Of a stretch of DNA of 32,000 nt, positions 30,701 to 32,000 are shown one piece after another. The notes beneath the pieces are model-generated. The model had not been told where the DNA came from. It saw only the letters and a list, made by a program, of their open reading frames with translations, and made no database searches. Numbering within the stretch: the stretch's first letter is position 1; the number at the start of each line of letters is the position of its first letter. A program made the translations under genes and the position numbers. Location of the stretch: the NCBI GenBank assembly GCA_963704755.1, contig OY969938.1, positions 3,360,001 through 3,392,000 on the forward strand. The letters are read 5' to 3'. This DNA is from an uncultured Chloroflexia bacterium (GTDB lineage: Bacteria; Chloroflexota; Anaerolineae; Anaerolineales; Anaerolineaceae).

Positions 30701-32000
30701 ATGGCCCCATCGCAAGACTGTGTCCTGTTAGTCGAAAGTGACCCTGCTGTCCAAGATTTCGTCGGACGGCAGACCTTGCAAGCTGCCGGTTACCAGGTTT
30801 ACCCGCTGCAGGACGCCTCCAGCGGTATCGCTCAGGTGATGCAAATCAACCCGGACGTGATCATCGCTGACCTGGATTTACCCGGGTTGAGTGGAAAAGA
30901 TCTGCTGGTGGCGCTCTCTTCGCAAGGGGTAACCACACCGGTCATTTTGCTGGCCAAGAAGGGCATGGAGAACGAGATTATCCAGGGTTTTCGCCTGGGC
31001 GCCGCCGATTATATCCTCTGGCCGGCGCGGGAAGGCGAGGTGCTGGCGGCCGTCGAGCGCAACATGAAACTGGTGCGCGAACGCCGCGACCGCGACCGCC
31101 TGGCCCGCCAGCTCGAGGCGACCAATCAGGAGCTGCAGCAGCGGGTGCGTGAGCTGACCACGATCTTCACCGTTGGCAAAGCGGTTACTTCGATCACCGA
31201 TCAGGCCACGTTGTTCGAGCGCATTCTAAAAAGCGTGGTCAAATCGACCGGCGCCGATATGGGCTGGTTCCTGCTGCGGGCAGAGAAGAGCAAGGCCTTT
31301 CTGCTGGCCGCCCGGCATGCGCTGCCCTCGGCCCTGCCGGTACGGATCAACCAGCCCTGGGACGACGGGATAAGTTCGCTGGTCGCCATGTCCGGCGAGT
31401 CACTCAGCTTGAGCGGTGAGCCGCTCAAGCGCTTTAAAATCGCCCCGTTGGGTCAGTCTATTTTGATCGTGCCGATCAAAGCGGGCCAGGAAGTCATCGG
31501 TTTGCTGGCGTTGTTGCGGAAAAATGCCCTGGCTTTTGAGGCTGACGAGCAGCGCCTGGTCGAGGCGATTGCCGATTTTGCCTCGATTTCGCTGGCCAAT
31601 GCGCGCCTGTTTCGGGCTATCGAGGAGCGGGCTCATTTTCAGCAGGGCCTGGCCGAGAACGCTCAGACCAGCCAGAAAGTGACCAACGAGATTTTGATGC
31701 GCACCCGCAAAGAGCTGGAAAAAGCCCTTGGCGCCCAAAAGCTGTCCCTGGAAAACCTGGTCGAAGATACCGGGCTGGAGTGGACACCCACCCGCCAGAG
31801 GGAGTTCGGTATTTTGCAGGAGAGCCTCAAATCTCTGGAAGCCATCGCAGCCGCAATTCAGCCGCTGCCGCCGGCCAGGCCGGTTCGCTCGAACCACCAC
31901 CTTAACCTGAATGAGCTTGTCCGCCGGGCCGTGAACCAGTTCGAGCCGTTGGTCGCGGGCAGTGATGTGGCCATCGTCCCCAACCTGCCGGCCAGCGATG
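30701..32000 (+). CDS. Response-regulator receiver + GAF + histidine-kinase-like protein (3' end beyond the window)
   Basis: Absent from the ORF track because it has no stop in the window. My translation begins MAPSQDCVLLVESDPAVQDFVGRQTLQAAGYQVYPLQDASSGIAQVMQINPDVIIADLDLPGLSGKDLL..., which is a receiver domain. A coiled coil follows, then a GAF-like region ('GADMGWFLL...ILIVPIKAGQEVIGLLALL...FASISLANARLF'), then a region leading into a probable HATPase domain. Confidence 0.8.
   Translation, partial: MAPSQDCVLLVESDPAVQDFVGRQTLQAAGYQVYPLQDASSGIAQVMQINPDVIIADLDLPGLSGKDLLVALSSQGVTTPVILLAKKGMENEIIQGFRLGAADYILWPAREGEVLAAVERNMKLVRERRDRDRLARQLEATNQELQQRVRELTTIFTVGKAVTSITDQATLFERILKSVVKSTGADMGWFLLRAEKSKAFLLAARHALPSALPVRINQPWDDGISSLVAMSGESLSLSGEPLKRFKIAPLGQSILIVPIKAGQEVIGLLALLRKNALAFEADEQRLVEAIADFASISLANARLFRAIEERAHFQQGLAENAQTSQKVTNEILMRTRKELEKALGAQKLSLENLVEDTGLEWTPTRQREFGILQESLKSLEAIAAAIQPLPPARPVRSNHHLNLNELVRRAVNQFEPLVAGSDVAIVPNLPASD

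Overview
High-GC (roughly 60% by eye) bacterial chromosomal segment. The T/P-rich lipoprotein linkers, an NB-ARC/TPR protein and the GC-rich 'GEG' palindromes suggest Chloroflexota, but that is only a guess. All family assignments come from motif recognition, with no searches run. I support 22 protein genes. (1) 1-12187: a divergent marR-like regulator, then a corrinoid methyl-transfer cassette. The cassette is a RACo/RamA-type reductive activator, a MtmB-family (monomethylamine methyltransferase-like) protein with no in-frame UAG, and a DxHxxG corrinoid protein. It is followed by a 4-gene BMP-family ABC importer and a stand-alone homocysteine-S-methyltransferase-domain gene. (2) 13081-16242: a PilZ protein, a Thr/Pro-rich lipoprotein and a large polytopic membrane protein. 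(3) 16367-18400: an in-frame ArsR-wHTH::MFS fusion. (4) 18512-22299: promoter, TPP riboswitch, thiamine pyrophosphokinase, ThiB and ThiP. The only candidate ATPase (28633) lies 6.3 kb away, and its 3' end appears frameshifted. The interval between them holds a PQQ-type sugar dehydrogenase, an aquaglyceroporin and an HTH-like/NB-ARC/TPR STAND protein. (5) A DUF402 gene and a partial receiver-GAF-kinase-like gene close the window. Intergenic DNA is unusually rich in repeats. These include about 10 long near-perfect hairpins (17-39 bp stems) all with the same strand polarity, GC-rich 'GEG' palindromes, a 125-bp x3 tandem array built on TGACACY heptads, and a 106-bp x4 tandem array of a double-hairpin module. 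No rRNA, canonical tRNA, CRISPR array, transposase or integrase is visible. The best novelty candidate is the pyrrolysine-free MtmB-like cassette with its BMP importer and Hcy-methyltransferase.
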